NCBI GenBank assembly: GCA_040752415.1
Contig: JBFMGU010000054.1
Span: forward strand, 1 to 48,257
DNA from: Myxococcota bacterium
Lineage (GTDB): Bacteria > Myxococcota > JACRCW01
Reading direction: 5' to 3'
DNA length: 48,257 bases
Under the pieces are notes generated by a model. The model did no database searches and was not told the origin of the DNA. It saw nothing but the letters and a program-made list of their open reading frames with translations. This document shows positions 47,823-48,257 of this stretch, in pieces; position 1 is the first letter of the stretch, and each line of letters opens with the position of its first letter. Both the position numbers and the translations under genes were made by a program.

Positions 47823-47896
47823 TGCGGGTTGATCCGGCCGATCCCATGGGCCTCATACACCCATCGGAGGTGGTTCGACTCCACCGCCCGCATCCA
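47823..47896 (+). tRNA. tRNA-Met(CAT), initiator-like and atypical
   Basis: TGCGGGT/GCCCGCA; ATGGG-CCTCATACA-CCCAT; TTCGACT; CCA; short D-arm. Confidence 0.78.
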
Positions 47897-47897
47897 C

Positions 47898-47945
47898 GCA
47901 ACACGCGCGGCGCATTGCGTTCGTCGTCGTGTGTTGTTCTCTCCC
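47898..47945 (+). terminator. Hairpin closing the tRNA array (possible terminator)
   Basis: GCAACACGCG...CGTGTGTTGT followed by TCTCT; U-tract weak. Confidence 0.5.
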
Positions 47946-48257
47946 GATCCCGCTCCCGATCCCGGGCCGTCAGTGGAGCTGGTTGCCTGCGTTCCCCCTC
48001 AGCGCGCATGGGGAACCTGCGGACTCCGGGCGCACGGACGTCCCGCCCACGTGATGCGGATCAGCGGATGGCGGGGGGATCACCGGCAGCCAAGGCTGCA
48101 CCTGGAAATGCACCAAGCCTGGCCTCGAAGCCCGCCTGCACGACGTGACTGCGCCAGGCTCCACGTTGGGTGTTGGTAGGAAGCGTGGTTGAGAGCAGCG
48201 ACGGGATGGAGATCCTTGCGCCAACGTGGATACCGCACACCACGTGTCCTACTGCCA

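Noticed and set aside
45507..47893. Short ORFs across the tRNA array
   Set aside because: They are translations of tRNA sequence (RVQFP/GSIP-type strings from T-arms).
45491..47896. Periodic GGTTCAA/TCC repeats suggesting a CRISPR array
   Set aside because: The repeats are tRNA T-arms in full cloverleaves; no identical direct repeats or cas genes.
48175..48257. GGTAGGA/TCCTACT-G-CCA resembling a tRNA-Ser acceptor stem
   Set aside because: No T-loop, D-loop or anticodon arm can be built; the CCA coincides with the window edge.

Overview
High-GC chromosomal window, most likely from a Myxococcota bacterium. That call rests on a MYXO-CTERM-like sorting signal, myxobacterial Cys-rich repeats, and many Cys-, Ser- or PDAA-rich lipoproteins. 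Positions 1-44.8 kb hold about 35 mostly accessory genes: surface lipoproteins, a REC-EAL phosphodiesterase, lipase, MBL hydrolase, M28 peptidase, DUF2157/GDYXXLXY pair, HscC with its J-protein, trypsin-DUF1566, a signal-peptide tail-collar fibre, V4R, orphan HicB, a YeeE/YedE pair and lpdA. The standout is 45.1-47.95 kb: a dense + strand array of 27 tRNA genes covering 18 amino acids (no Leu or Ser). Many are non-canonical, and six have a TGC T-loop that co-varies with loss of D-loop G18. Upstream lie a sigma70-type promoter, a 52-codon leader ORF and mutually exclusive antiterminator/terminator hairpins, which together suggest ribosome-dependent attenuation. An rrn-type boxA-like motif sits inside the array. 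Other oddities are a secreted Asp/Cys-ladder protein overlapped antisense by the M28 gene, an SMI1/KNR4 protein with two HU-like domains, a MopE repeat split by ~1000 aa of propeller, and a 265-bp REPIN/MITE-like inverted repeat. All family calls come from motif recognition by eye, not database searches.
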